A DNA stretch of 64,000 nucleotides from an uncultured Methanolobus sp. (GTDB taxonomy: Archaea; Halobacteriota; Methanosarcinia; Methanosarcinales; Methanosarcinaceae). The translations under genes were made by a program, and so were the position numbers. The notes under the pieces were generated by a model. That model ran no database searches. It was not told where the DNA came from and saw only the letters and a program-made list of their open reading frames with translations. Positions 1-11,700 of this stretch are shown in pieces (positions within the stretch are counted from its first letter, which is position 1; each line of letters opens with the position of its first letter). The stretch spans positions 640,001 to 704,000 of the forward strand of contig OY776215.1 of NCBI GenBank assembly GCA_963675495.1, given 5' to 3'.

Positions 1-113
1 ATTATGAACAGTATGGACATATACGTATTTCAGATTACTTATCTGAGATTGGAATTGATAAAAAGCCATTGATATACAATAATGGTAATGTAAACGCCTA
101 CTCTATTATGTGA
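1..113 (+). CDS. 3' end of a gene entering from the left, probably a membrane protein of the glycan locus (partial)
   Basis: Frame 3 is open from the window edge to TGA at 111-113: YEQYGHIRISDYLSEIGIDKKPLIYNNGNVNAYSIM*. The IYNNG-type tail resembles the end of the 36236..37780 protein (KIYDNE). Confidence 0.5.
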   Translation, partial: YEQYGHIRISDYLSEIGIDKKPLIYNNGNVNAYSIM

Positions 114-609
114 TTTGAAGGTATGAAAAATAGTCAAAGGGAAGAGCTGCACACATTTTATGAGTTAAGGACTAACGTTGAAAGGAAAAATTCAAACGAT
201 GTAGTTTATTTCAATCGTTCTAAAACACCACAATAGAAGTGTTATGAGAAGTTGTTTATCTCAATAAGCAATACTACTGCATTATATACCCCGCGATATT
301 TAGAAACTAGCCAATTCAAGGATAGAAAGAAAGTTTTTAACGAAAAAAAGTGATACTTAGAGCTTATAGAGATTATAAATGATCAATATTTAAGTCTCAA
401 CTGATTTAATGAGATTAAATTTGAATAAAGTAACTAGGAGAAGACTTATCAAGGAATTAATGCATAAATATGCGAAGTTGGGAAACTACTTGATTATTTC
501 AAATTTAATTATTAAAAAATTAGTGAGTAAGTATATCCTTAATTACATGAATGTTGTAGAGGATGATTAAGCAATACTAGGTTTACGTTGGAAGATATGA
601 GTTGAAAAT

Positions 610-1776
610 ATGAGAATATGTTTACTTGCAGATGGTAAAAGTATACACACTATGCGATGGGTTAACTATTTTTTAGATGTAGGGCATGAAGTACATTTAA
701 TATCCATAGATGATACCCCTCTTTGCAAAACGGTTGAAAACCTAAATTTTCACTCACTTAAAGGATTAGCTACTCATAAGATTTGGTTTTTTGTCCCTAT
801 TATAAGGTGGATGATTTTTTCAATTAAAGTCAAAAAAATAATATCCAAAATAAACCCAGATATTCTTCACGCACATTATCTTGCAGATTATGGAATTATT
901 GGTGCACTAACAGGGTTTCATCCTTTTATTGTATCAATATGGGGAAGCGATGTTTTAGTTGCTCCAATAAATTCTAAAGCAATTAAAATGATGGAATCGC
1001 ATGCATTAAAAAAATCGGATTTAATAATGACAATACCCGAATTTATGAAAGATTATCTAGGTAGCAAATTTAACGTTAATAAAGATAAAGTTGTAAGGCT
1101 TGCTTGGGGAATTGACTTAGACATATACTCAAAGAAATACGAGGAAAATGTCCATTCATTGAAAAGGCAACTTAAAATAAAAAAGAACTCGTCGATAATT
1201 ATTAGTAACCGGTCTATGGGACCACATTATAACATAGAAAAAATAATAGAAGCAATCCCACAAGTGCTTCAAGTATCTGAAGATGCAATTTTTATATTTG
1301 TAAAAGGCTACGGTTCGTCTGAATATGTGGAAAAAATTAAATCAAAAGTTGAATACTTAGGGATATCCGATAATATAAGGATTATAGAAAAAATCTTGTC
1401 CCCTCAAGAAATGGCAATTCATCTCAACATGGCAGATATGATTATTTCAATACCTAAAACAGACCAATTTTCATCTAGTATACTGGAAGGAATGGCTTGT
1501 GGTGCCGTACCAATTGTTGGAAATTTAAATGTTTACAAACAGTATTTAAAAAATGGAGAGAATGCTTTTTTTGTTAATGCTGATAATCCTATAGATATTT
1601 CCCAGAAAATTATACATTGTATTGAAAAACGTCCGTTAAAAGACATATTTTATAAATTAAATATAAATATTGTTGAAGAAAACGAAAACTGGGCCACTAA
1701 TGCTAACGCAATGATACAAATATACCAACATTTGATAGGTGAAATACAAAATGAGTCAAAACATACCATTATTTGA
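610..1776 (+). CDS. Glycosyltransferase family 4 (GT-B)
   Basis: N-terminal GHEVHLI, DILHAH and WGSD motifs; C-terminal FSSSILEGMACGAVPI (EX7E-type region). Confidence 0.9.
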   Translation: MRICLLADGKSIHTMRWVNYFLDVGHEVHLISIDDTPLCKTVENLNFHSLKGLATHKIWFFVPIIRWMIFSIKVKKIISKINPDILHAHYLADYGIIGALTGFHPFIVSIWGSDVLVAPINSKAIKMMESHALKKSDLIMTIPEFMKDYLGSKFNVNKDKVVRLAWGIDLDIYSKKYEENVHSLKRQLKIKKNSSIIISNRSMGPHYNIEKIIEAIPQVLQVSEDAIFIFVKGYGSSEYVEKIKSKVEYLGISDNIRIIEKILSPQEMAIHLNMADMIISIPKTDQFSSSILEGMACGAVPIVGNLNVYKQYLKNGENAFFVNADNPIDISQKIIHCIEKRPLKDIFYKLNINIVEENENWATNANAMIQIYQHLIGEIQNESKHTII

Positions 1777-2887
1777 AATTTATTGGGACGATGAAGATAT
1801 AAATAATGTAACAAATGTTATCAAAAGAGGGAGTAGTTGGGCTAATGGAACAGATATCTTAAAATTTGAAGAAGAGATATCTGAATACATTGGAACTAAA
1901 TATGCACTAACGTTCAATTCTGCTACCTCGGCACTACATGCACTTCTTTTAGCCTATGGCATTGGAAAAGGAGATGAAGTAATAGTGCCCTCGTTCACAT
2001 TCATAGCAACAGCAAATGCCCCACAATTTGTCAATGCAAAACCCGTATTTGCAGAAATAGAAGACAGAACTTATGGGTTAGATCCTGAAAATGTCAAAGA
2101 ACAAATAACATCAAAGACAAGGGCAATAATACCAATCCATTACGGTGGTTGCCCTTGTTTAATTAACGAGTTGAAAGAAATTGCTGATGACCATAATTTA
2201 CTACTTTTCGAAGATGCTGCAGAAGCTTTTGGAGCTACCGTAAAGGGTAGGAAAGTTGGAACTTTTGGAGATGCAAGTATTCTTAGTTTTTGTCAAAATA
2301 AAATAATTACAACAGGAGAAGGAGGAGCGGTAGTAACTGATTCAAAAGAAATATACAATAAATTGAAATTAATCAGATCTCATGGAAGATTAGAAACAAA
2401 TGATTTCTTTACTTCCAGTGAAAATATGGACTATGTTAGTTTGGGTTATAATTTTAGAATGCCAACCATGAATGCTGCTTTAGGTTTATCTCAGATTAAA
2501 AAAGTTGATAGTATAATCAATCTGAGACGTGAAAATGCAGCATATATGAATAACAAATTATCAAAAATAAAAGGTGTGAACCTATCAATTCCTCCACATT
2601 ATTATCATCATGTTTACCAACTTTATTCAATAAGGGTAAATGAAGACATAAGGGATAAGTTAATTCAACATCTTTCTAAGAAAGGTATAAGTGCTAAAAT
2701 TTATTTCTCGCCTATTCATCTCACAAGTTTTTACCGCAATAATTATAAACATAATAAAGGAGATTTGCCATTTACAGAAAAAATTTCAAAACAATTTGTG
2801 ACATTGCCTATGTTCCCAGCATTAACAAAAATGGAAATTGATTACATCGCAGAAGAAATTAATAGTTTTTTAGGAGATGAATTATGA
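1751..2887 (+). CDS. DegT/DnrJ/EryC1/StrS PLP-dependent sugar aminotransferase
   Basis: GDEVIVPSFTFIATANA, EDAAEAFGA, SFCQNKIITTGEGG (PLP lysine), GYNFRM. Start taken as ATG 1751 (MSQNIPLF) rather than GTG 1739. Confidence 0.93.
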   Translation: MSQNIPLFEIYWDDEDINNVTNVIKRGSSWANGTDILKFEEEISEYIGTKYALTFNSATSALHALLLAYGIGKGDEVIVPSFTFIATANAPQFVNAKPVFAEIEDRTYGLDPENVKEQITSKTRAIIPIHYGGCPCLINELKEIADDHNLLLFEDAAEAFGATVKGRKVGTFGDASILSFCQNKIITTGEGGAVVTDSKEIYNKLKLIRSHGRLETNDFFTSSENMDYVSLGYNFRMPTMNAALGLSQIKKVDSIINLRRENAAYMNNKLSKIKGVNLSIPPHYYHHVYQLYSIRVNEDIRDKLIQHLSKKGISAKIYFSPIHLTSFYRNNYKHNKGDLPFTEKISKQFVTLPMFPALTKMEIDYIAEEINSFLGDEL

Positions 2888-3879
2888 ATGAAGAACTAAA
2901 TGGAGGAACTGTTTTAGTTACTGGTGGAACAGGATCTATTGGTAGCGAAATCGTCAAACAGCTTTTGGAGTTGAATATTTCTAAAGTTATAATATTTAGT
3001 AGGGATGAAATAAAACATTTTGTAATAAAAAAGAGAATTAATGATAATAGACTTGAAACAATTGTAGGGGACGTTAGGGATTACAGAAGTCTTGAAAGAG
3101 TGTTTCAAGGAAATAGCATCGATATCATTTATCATACAGCTGCAATGAAACATGTAGTTGTTTGCGAAGAGATTCCTATTGAGTGTGTAAGAACAAATGT
3201 TTTAGGCACACAGAATGTTGTGGATTTGGCATTGAAATACAAGGTTCCAAAATTAATAAACGTCAGCACCGATAAATCTGCAAGCCCTGTTAATACTATG
3301 GGTGCTGCAAAGTTTATAGCTGAAAGGATTGTACTAAATGCAAACTACACCTGTGTTCGTTTCGGAAATGTGGCCAATTCGCGAGGTTCTGTAATTCCTG
3401 TATTTATAGATAATATTTTAAACAAAAACAAAATTTGCATTACTTATCCAGAAGTAACACGTTTTATGATTGAAATCCCAGATGCTGTAAGACTTGTAAT
3501 GAAAGCCACTGAATATGCATGCGGCAGAGATATATTTATCTTGAAAATGAAGGCATTCAGGTTAGGGGATTTATTAGATGTTATATTGGATAGAATTGTT
3601 CCAATATTTGAAATATCGAGAGATACCATTAATGTTGAGACAATAGGAATGACTTCTGGAGAAAAAGTCCATGAAGATTTGATAAATTATGTAGAATCTA
3701 ACCAGATATATGAATATAAAGATATGTATGTTGTTTTAAAATATACAAATGATGCTAGTAATTATTCAAATCTCAAAAAGGTTGATATGCAAAATTACTC
3801 ATCAGATAATGTCGAATTGTTTTCAAAAGAAGAACTCGAAGAAATTGTGTTGAAACATGTTGCAAAAGTAAGGAGTTGA
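2884..3879 (+). CDS. UDP-GlcNAc 4,6-dehydratase-like polysaccharide biosynthesis protein (CapD/PseB/FlaA1 family)
   Basis: TGGTGSIG, SRDE, HTAAMKHV, STDKSASPVNTMGAAK, VRFGNVANSRGSVIP, GEKVHE. Confidence 0.9.
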   Translation: MNEELNGGTVLVTGGTGSIGSEIVKQLLELNISKVIIFSRDEIKHFVIKKRINDNRLETIVGDVRDYRSLERVFQGNSIDIIYHTAAMKHVVVCEEIPIECVRTNVLGTQNVVDLALKYKVPKLINVSTDKSASPVNTMGAAKFIAERIVLNANYTCVRFGNVANSRGSVIPVFIDNILNKNKICITYPEVTRFMIEIPDAVRLVMKATEYACGRDIFILKMKAFRLGDLLDVILDRIVPIFEISRDTINVETIGMTSGEKVHEDLINYVESNQIYEYKDMYVVLKYTNDASNYSNLKKVDMQNYSSDNVELFSKEELEEIVLKHVAKVRS

Positions 3880-3886
3880 AGAGTAA

Positions 3887-4444
3887 ATGAGAGAAGATAT
3901 TTCAGCAAATGATCCTAATCTGAATAAGGATATAATATCCAAATTAAAGAAAGTTGGCCAAAATGTCAAAATATATTCTCTTGCAAAAATCGTAAAACCG
4001 GAAGTAATTGAAGTTTGCAATTATTCGATGATAGATGATTTTACATTTATTTATGGTGGAAATGGCGTGAAAATTGGCAATTATGTTCACATTGCTTCTT
4101 TTGTAAGTGTAATTGGCGGAGGTGAATTAATTCTTGAGGACTATACTGTTTTAGCCTGTGGTTCAAGAATTATAACCGGAACCGATACATATTATGGAGG
4201 GAAAAGGATGTCTTCTATACTACCCGAAAATCAAAGAAATGTAATGAGAGGTAAGGTAATAATAGAGAAAGATGCTTTTATCGGCACCAACGCAGTAGTC
4301 CATCCAAATGTCAAAATCGGTGAAGGGGCAATTATTGGAAGTAATAGCCTTGTATTAAAAGATGTCGAACCATGGAGCATTAACGTTGGCAGTCCTTGTA
4401 AGAAGATTGGAACCAGACCGGTAATCAATGAGAATGAAACATAG
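3887..4444 (+). CDS. Hexapeptide-repeat (LbH) sugar acyltransferase
   Basis: Repeated IG/LI hexapeptides; VIIEKDAFIGTNAVVHPNVKIGEGAIIGSNSLVLKDV...GSP. Confidence 0.88.
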   Translation: MREDISANDPNLNKDIISKLKKVGQNVKIYSLAKIVKPEVIEVCNYSMIDDFTFIYGGNGVKIGNYVHIASFVSVIGGGELILEDYTVLACGSRIITGTDTYYGGKRMSSILPENQRNVMRGKVIIEKDAFIGTNAVVHPNVKIGEGAIIGSNSLVLKDVEPWSINVGSPCKKIGTRPVINENET

Positions 4445-4818
4445 ATGATATATGCATATTCTAAGCTGACATAAAGAAAACATAGGGTGAACTGGTTTCT
4501 ATGCAAATTAAAATATGTTGGAATTATCAAACCTGTAAATTTAAAAGAGACTACAGTAAAACAAAATTATAACACCTTACCTACGTTCAAATAGTTTCTA
4601 TTGACTGTGTAATCCTACTTGGAAAAAAGCCTATTACTTAGCATCGACGACAAAGATGTCTCCAAAAACACCGATGTAGTGACTGAGTATGTGGAAAAGG
4701 ATACTATCAGATATCATTTTAGTAGACATGATTGCTGTGCCAAAATTCAGCTATGAGGCAATCCATACCCGAGTGAGCTACAATGTATACAGCAAAATAA
4801 TTGAGATTGGTATAACAC

Positions 4819-6315
4819 ATGGGTAATATGCAAGAATCAAAGAAGTTTACTTTTGATGTAAGTATAACCTTGTTCGCATCGATGATTAGTTTGCCCCTTG
4901 GTTTTATCACAACATTCATTTTAGGGAGATACCTTGGAGCAGAAGAACTTGGATTGTACAGAATGACCTCCACAGTATTTGGAATATCATTGCTATTTGC
5001 TGAAATTGGGCTTCCTGCAGCGATGATAAAATTTGTGGCTGAGCTAAAAAATGATAAAGACAAACTAAACCAGATAACATCCTCGGGCATAATCACATCT
5101 TTAATTGGAGGTCTTGGGTTCGTTGCTTTGTTTTATTTCTCTTCAAATGCACTTGCAGAATTATTTAATATGCCAAGATTATCTGAATTGTTAAAAATAA
5201 TCTCACTCGTTTTTCCTTTTGCCTTGCTGAATGGTACTTTGTTGGGTTTGTTAAACGGACTCCGGGAAATGAAGACACATGCAATCGGGATGATTATTCA
5301 GAGTATCATAATGGTAGTGATCACGGTAACTCTGATTTACTCTGGTTTTGGAGTTGAAGGAGCCGTAATTGGTATTATATTATCTAAAATAGGCTCATGT
5401 ATTTATTTAATATGGATGTGTAAGCAGTACATAAACATCACATTTGATAAATATGTTCAGTCTACAAAAAAATTGCTGCTTTTTGGAGTACAGTTATTTG
5501 GTGTAAATGCAATAAACATAATAAATTATCATGCAGATACTACTATGATAGGATATTTTCTAACAGCCGGAAGTGTTGGATACTACGGAGTAGCTGCGAT
5601 TTTTAGCCAATTTTTTTGGATAATTCCTCAAGCAGTTCAAAGGATAACTTATCCTGCAACTTCTGAGTTCTTATCTAAGAATAATCATAAGGCACTTCAG
5701 AACATGATCGATAAGAGTATTAAGTATACTTCTTGTACTTTGCTTCTATTTGGATTAGGGGTGGGGTTTTTTGCAAAGGAAATTATCACAGTGACTTTTG
5801 GAGAGGATTTTGTTGTTTCTGTTTTGCCACTTCAGATATTAGCCGTCGGGACTGTGATATATGGCATAAATAGTGCAATTGGGGGGTGTTTATCAGGTGC
5901 TGGTCGACCAGATATTGCCTTCAAAGTTGTCTGTATTAGTGCAATAACAAACATCTTATTAAATTCTGTCCTTATACCTCGCTACGGAATAGCGGGAGCA
6001 GCAGTGGCTACTGCAATCTCTTTAATAGTATCGGCATTCATCGCAACATTCTTTACATTTAAGATAGTAAATATGAAATTTGATTTTAAATGGTTTGGGA
6101 AAATATCCGGAATAACTTTATTGGCTATTCTGACTTTTAAATGGTTTGAGTTTATGAATGTGTATGCATTAAGTACTATAATTTTGTCTTTTTATTTGCT
6201 TGCGATGAATATATTTTTGTTTGCAGATGATGATAAGAAGTTTCTTGGCAATATAATTAAAGATGTCTATTCATTTTTCAATACCCTCATATATTTCAAG
6301 AAATTTAAATTATAA
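4819..6315 (+). CDS. Flippase (Wzx/MOP superfamily oligosaccharide exporter)
   Basis: About 14 hydrophobic segments; LGRYLGAEELGLY, GYYGVA, LIPRYGIAGAAVAT. Confidence 0.92.
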   Translation: MGNMQESKKFTFDVSITLFASMISLPLGFITTFILGRYLGAEELGLYRMTSTVFGISLLFAEIGLPAAMIKFVAELKNDKDKLNQITSSGIITSLIGGLGFVALFYFSSNALAELFNMPRLSELLKIISLVFPFALLNGTLLGLLNGLREMKTHAIGMIIQSIIMVVITVTLIYSGFGVEGAVIGIILSKIGSCIYLIWMCKQYINITFDKYVQSTKKLLLFGVQLFGVNAINIINYHADTTMIGYFLTAGSVGYYGVAAIFSQFFWIIPQAVQRITYPATSEFLSKNNHKALQNMIDKSIKYTSCTLLLFGLGVGFFAKEIITVTFGEDFVVSVLPLQILAVGTVIYGINSAIGGCLSGAGRPDIAFKVVCISAITNILLNSVLIPRYGIAGAAVATAISLIVSAFIATFFTFKIVNMKFDFKWFGKISGITLLAILTFKWFEFMNVYALSTIILSFYLLAMNIFLFADDDKKFLGNIIKDVYSFFNTLIYFKKFKL

Positions 6316-6921
6316 TCCATGTACGACAGTTTTTACTCCTTTTTTAGGAAAAACATTAATAATGTCTGTAGTTTGTATTTTGAGATGGCTAATAGCCAGC
6401 AACTCTTCAGAGAAATCATGCTTATTCAATGAAAACTCCGTCAAAATGATGATTATCAATATGAACATCATCTTTATGGGATTCCCTTAGTCCCCTCAAA
6501 AAAACATATATCAAAGCAGCTTTACTATTTGGCAGTATCCCTAACATACAAGAACTTTTGGTAAATGCATTCGATATGATGGGTTTGAAGGAATAAAAGA
6601 TAATCCAATAATAGGGACTCCATAGTTTAAAAAAATGACAGAATTCTATAACTACAATGTCTGGTTTGGGGATGAATGCCATTTTCAGCAACAATTATCC
6701 AAGTCTACTACGTGGGTTCCTTCTGAGGATAAGAATCCTGTTGTTCTTCATGCCTCCACATGTCAAAATAAAAGTGTTTTTGGTTCAGTGAACTCAAAAG
6801 AAGAAATATTTGTATGCCAAGTTTCTACTATGTTCAATGCACCATGTTGAAGTATTGGTAAACCTGTTATGATAAAAAACACCTATAAGATAAAGACGAA
6901 TTCTTTTGTATTTTATGCATT

Positions 6922-7869
6922 TTATGGCTTTGTAGAAATCCTCATTTGTATAATAAGTACAACCTTGACATACATGTCAAGGTTATGTACTAAGAGTTTT
7001 AGTTTGACTTCTTTCACTTGATTCCAATACTTTTTAGCCCTGATCTCTTCACTATATTTTCTTTTCAAAACAGAGAACATCGTTTCAACCAGGTTTCTTT
7101 TATGATACAATTCTTCATCAAATTCCCATACCATTTTTCTGCGATATATCATTAAATCACAGATTTAATGAGAGTTCCTGATTTTTAATCTGGAACATTT
7201 CCCTTTAATTCTCTTCCTCTTCCTTTGTCTCAAAGGAATCATAGCTATCGCTTCTAGTTGTTCTCTTGTTAGCGAATGTATGTCTTCTGAATCATATCCT
7301 TTGTCCATGACATAATACTTAGATCTGCGAGTTTTGTGGCATTGCTTCATTAATTTCATTGCATGTTTTGCATCATGCACAGGCTTACCTGATATCTTGA
7401 AACCAGTAACAATGAACTTTGCAGTATCAATGGAGATACTTGTTTTCAGGAAATATCTTCGTTTCTTTCCTGTTCTCCAGGAATAATAGTAACTACAGTG
7501 TCCACTACTAAACCCACTTGAATCAATAGCAGTGATCTCTATCTACTCTCCGCGTGAATAGAATAGTTTTAGTGTTTGCTGCAATAATCCAGTGAAGTAG
7601 ATAGATTTAATTCTTGTAATGAATTTATGCAGTGTAGTAAAATGTGGAACTTCTTTTAACCCAATTCTTGCTTTAACTTTATCCATCACTTCTACAAGTT
7701 CAACAATATCTCTATAATCTTCATCAAGATACTCTTTCAACAAAACCAATGTCAATAGCTAGTGTAGGGTATATTTCCTTTTAGAATATTTACAACTATA
7801 AATCCCAAGGTGTGAGTTTCCTGATACAGCTAATGCTGTATCAACAAACTTTAAGTACTTATTAGACAA
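6922..7869 (-). pseudogene. IS5-family DDE transposase, interrupted
   Basis: One reading frame from TTG 7869 (MSNKYLKF..) with [33 protein letters not shown] and [16 protein letters not shown]. Broken by TAG at 7759-7761, TAG at 7543-7545 and a 51-bp insertion (7147-7197) carrying TAA. Confidence 0.88.
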
Positions 7870-7977
7870 AACACAATCATCCCCTATGTGTTTTCTGTAG
7901 CAAGTAATACTCAGGGGATTTATCCTTTTTAAATTATTATGCTAAAATAAAATATGAAGTCGGTTTTCTACAGAGCC
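6926..7977 (-). mobile_element. IS5-family insertion sequence (ISH1-like), 1052 bp
   Basis: Imperfect 15-bp terminal inverted repeats GGCTTTGTAGAAATC (6926-6940) and GTTTTCTACAGAGCC (7963-7977), flanked by an exact 8-bp target duplication CATTTTAT (6918-6925 and 7978-7985). Confidence 0.88.
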
Positions 7978-8451
7978 CATTTTATGCTATTTTATCAAAA
8001 CCATTCCACTAAAGAAGTGTATGTGAATTCTTATGGATAACAAAAAACAGCAACATTAGAATTTTGCAGCAGTAAAGAATATCGAAATCGATATTTACCA
8101 CCCCAGTAATCACATCAGAGTCCTGTTGAGATCATATGAAAGAGCATAAAATAAGAGAATTATTGCATTTTTATGACACGTGTTGATTATATGAAAAATA
8201 TGATTCCTGAACAATTCATGAAATGTTCCTCATAATTTAGCTTCGAAAAAGGCTGGATTAAAAAATTCATTCAAATTGTAAATTATAAATAAAAATACTT
8301 AAAGACAAGGAATCTAACATCTTAATTATATAATTAAGATTTTTTAAATTCAGACAGTATCGCATTTTATTTCAAATACAGATATGTGATTTTTATCTGA
8401 AGGTGGAAATTTTAAGCCGCCAGACGTAGAGAAAAATAAAACGGCACTGAC

Positions 8452-8678
8452 AATATGACCATAATAGTAATTCTTTTGAAAACATAAAGTACAAATCCGC
8501 GAACATGCATCTAGCAAATTAGATAAAATAACATGAATTGTAGTGCTATGGAAAAAATGCAAAATAAATTAGAAATTGCTATTTTTGGGAAGCATTAGAC
8601 GTAATGTGACCATAATATAATTTCTTTGTGACCACAAAGTACAAATCCGTGAGCATTTATTAAGGGAATTAAATAATA
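8452..8678. repeat. Degenerate ~75-bp direct repeat (2 copies, ~150-bp period) upstream of the DNRLRE gene
   Basis: AAT(A/G)TGACCATAATA at 8452 and 8603; AAAGTACAAATCCG at 8486 and 8636. Confidence 0.7.
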
Positions 8679-8761
8679 TTAGTTTATGTATCATGTCGAC
8701 ATAGAAAACGATTAAAAAACACGAATCATCTTTAAATAGCTGTATTTCAAACAGGAGATAT

Positions 8762-11700
8762 ATGATGACTAATTATTTAAGAATATTATTAGCATGCTTA
8801 TTCATTTTTTTACTATTTATACCGATTTCCTTTTGTAGTCAGGCCACGGCTCAAATTGTATATGTTGCCACCGATGATAGTGGTGATTATAAGTGTGATG
8901 GAACTGATGACCATATCGAAATAAATCAAGCACTATCCTATATTGACAGTATGGGTGGAGGTACTGTGTGGCTCAAATCGGGAACTTACACAATAGATAA
9001 TGCTCTAATCATCGGCAGTGATGCAACACTCACGGGTGATTCGGATTCTATTGTAACTATCCCAAATAATGCCGGATGGATGGAAAATCTCCCTCTTATT
9101 AAGTCTCAATCAAATGACAATGTCACTATTTGTGGATTTCAGATAGATGGAAATAGAGATAATCAACCAGAACCGACTGGGTATGGTTGGTATCGTCTAG
9201 TTGAGTTTCAGGAAACAACAAACATAAAAGTCCATGATATGCAGATGAGTGGTTCATCCAGTGATGATATAAAATGCGAATTTTCTTATGTGGACGTGAA
9301 CGCAAAAAATGTAGATATATACGATAACACCATATACCGCTCTGGTCATGACTGCATATATATTTTAAGAATGAACGGCATCTCTGTTTACAACAATAAA
9401 CTGACAACCCGTACAAATTCGGGTGTGCGCCTGTACAATTCTAACCATGCAGACATTTATGATAATTACATAACATCAAATGGTGGTGGAAATGCAGGTA
9501 TCGAAATTCAGAGGTATTCTTCAGTGCCATATGTCACAGATGTTGAAATTTATAACAATGTAATAGACAAGACTAACATTTATGGTATATCGGTTACAGG
9601 GAACGGGGAATACGACATAGACACCGCAAAAGGAGTTAATATACACCACAACATAATAAAAAATGTCGCGACAGACTGGGATAATCCTGCAATTGCAGGA
9701 ATAAATGTGGTTGCATGGAATGGTACCATAATAGAAAATAACGTTATTGATGGATGTTACAGAAACGGCATAATGAGCCACGAGAAATACTCATCCAACC
9801 CCGATCTATGGGTCACATCATTCAGTGGATCTGGCTATACCACATACGTTAGAAACAACATCATAACAGGCATTGTTGCACGTGATGGAGATGGATTCGG
9901 GATTCACAATGATTTATTCGACACCCATACAATCATAGCTGAGAACAATTGTCTTTATGACAATGACATAAGTAATTACAAAGGTAACGGGATAACATAC
10001 AACAACGATATTTATGTTGACCCTTTGTTTGCAGACTCTTCAAACCACGATTATCACCTAAAGAGCACCGCAGGTAGAATATCAGGCAGCGGTTGGGTAT
10101 TTGATACTATATCAAGCCCACTCATCGATTCTGGAAATCCATTATCAGATTGGAGTAATGAACCGGAATCAAATGGTGACAGAATAAATATTGGTGTGTA
10201 TGGCAATACAGCAGAAGCCTCAAAGAGTGTTTCTGATGAAGAAGTCATTCCAACAACCGATTCCACTTCAACACAAAGTTTAGTGTATGATAATCGTTTG
10301 CGTGAATCAACACCTGACGAAACACTTGCTGGAAGCAGCTATATCGACATTGGACATAATGATGGAGAAGAGCGTTTCAGAGATGTCATGAAGTTCGATC
10401 TTAGTGAATATGACACCACAGATATTGTCTCCAGTGCAACCCTTTCACTTGCCTGGTACTATCCTGCAGATACCACAAGGACCTCTGATACAATTGTAGA
10501 AATATATAGAGCAGATGACTGGAACCCAAGTCAGGTAAGCTGGAGCGATAGTGCCTACGGAACCCCGTGGAACAATCCAGGCGGAGACTGGTTCGATAAG
10601 AACAATGTGGCACAGGGAACTACACCTTATGCATCAGTAACGTTCAAAGCCAACGACATACCTGACAACCAATATTATGAGTTTGATGTAACCGAACTTG
10701 TACAGGAGTATGTCAGTGGTAAATACAGCAATACTGGTTTCTTTATCAAAGCTAGGAACGAGAACAACAATTACATAGCGTTCTACAGTTCTGAATGGAA
10801 CGATACTGACCAAAGGCCAAAGCTTACTATAGACCTCACGGAACAGGATGTACAGAGGCCAACTGCTTCTGCAGGTTCCGACCAAACGATTCCCGCTGGA
10901 GAAACAGTGACCTTGGACGGTTCAGGATCCACGGATGATGTGGGTATTGCATCATATAGATGGGACTTTGACGAATCAGATGGCATCCAGCAGGAAGCAG
11001 CAGGGGCAGTTGTCCAACATACCTATGACACTGCAGGAATCTACACTGCAACAATAACAGTAGCAGACATCAGTGGAAACACAGATTCTGAAAATGTCAT
11101 CATAACCGTAATTGATGAAGAAGGCATCCCAACAACGAGTTCCACTTCAACACAAAGTCAAGTATATGATAACAGATTGCGCGAATCAACACCTGACGAA
11201 ACACTTGCTGGAAGCAGCTATATCGACATTGGACACAATGATGGAGAAGAGCGTTTCAGAGATGTCATGAAGTTCGATCTTAGTGCATATGACACCACAG
11301 ATATTGTCTCCAGTGCAACCCTTTCACTTACTTGGTACTATCCTACAGCCACCACAAGAAACTCTGATACGATTGTGGAGATATACAGAGCAGATGACTG
11401 GAACCCAAACCAGGTCAGCTGGAGTAACAGTGCCACAGGAACCCCATGGAACAATCCAGGTGGAGACTGGTTCGATAAGAACAATGTTGCACAGGGAAGC
11501 ACACCTTATGCATCAGTAACGTTCAAAGCAAGTAATCTACCTGATAATCAATACTATGAATTTGATGTAACCGAACTTGTACAGGAGTATGTCAGTGGAA
11601 AATACAGCAATACTGGTTTCTTCATCAAAGCAAGGGACGAGAACAACAACTACATAGCATTCTACAGTTCTGAGTGGAGCGATACTAATCAAAGACCAAA

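Larger units (their letters stand above)
6635..8160 (+). pseudogene. Decayed IS630-family transposase, split by the IS5-family insertion at 6926..7977
   Basis: WFGDECHFQQ...TWVP...VFGSVN (first DDE region) at 6635-6850. After the insertion come FYAILSKPF (7980-8006) and a degraded YLPP..SPVEII*K (~8090-8150) resembling LPPYSPELNPIERVWK. Boundaries are approximate. Confidence 0.6.

Noticed and set aside
4445-4810. Possible decayed gene between the acyltransferase and the flippase
   Set aside because: The sequence looks coding-like but is stop-ridden, and I cannot assign a family motif without a translated search.
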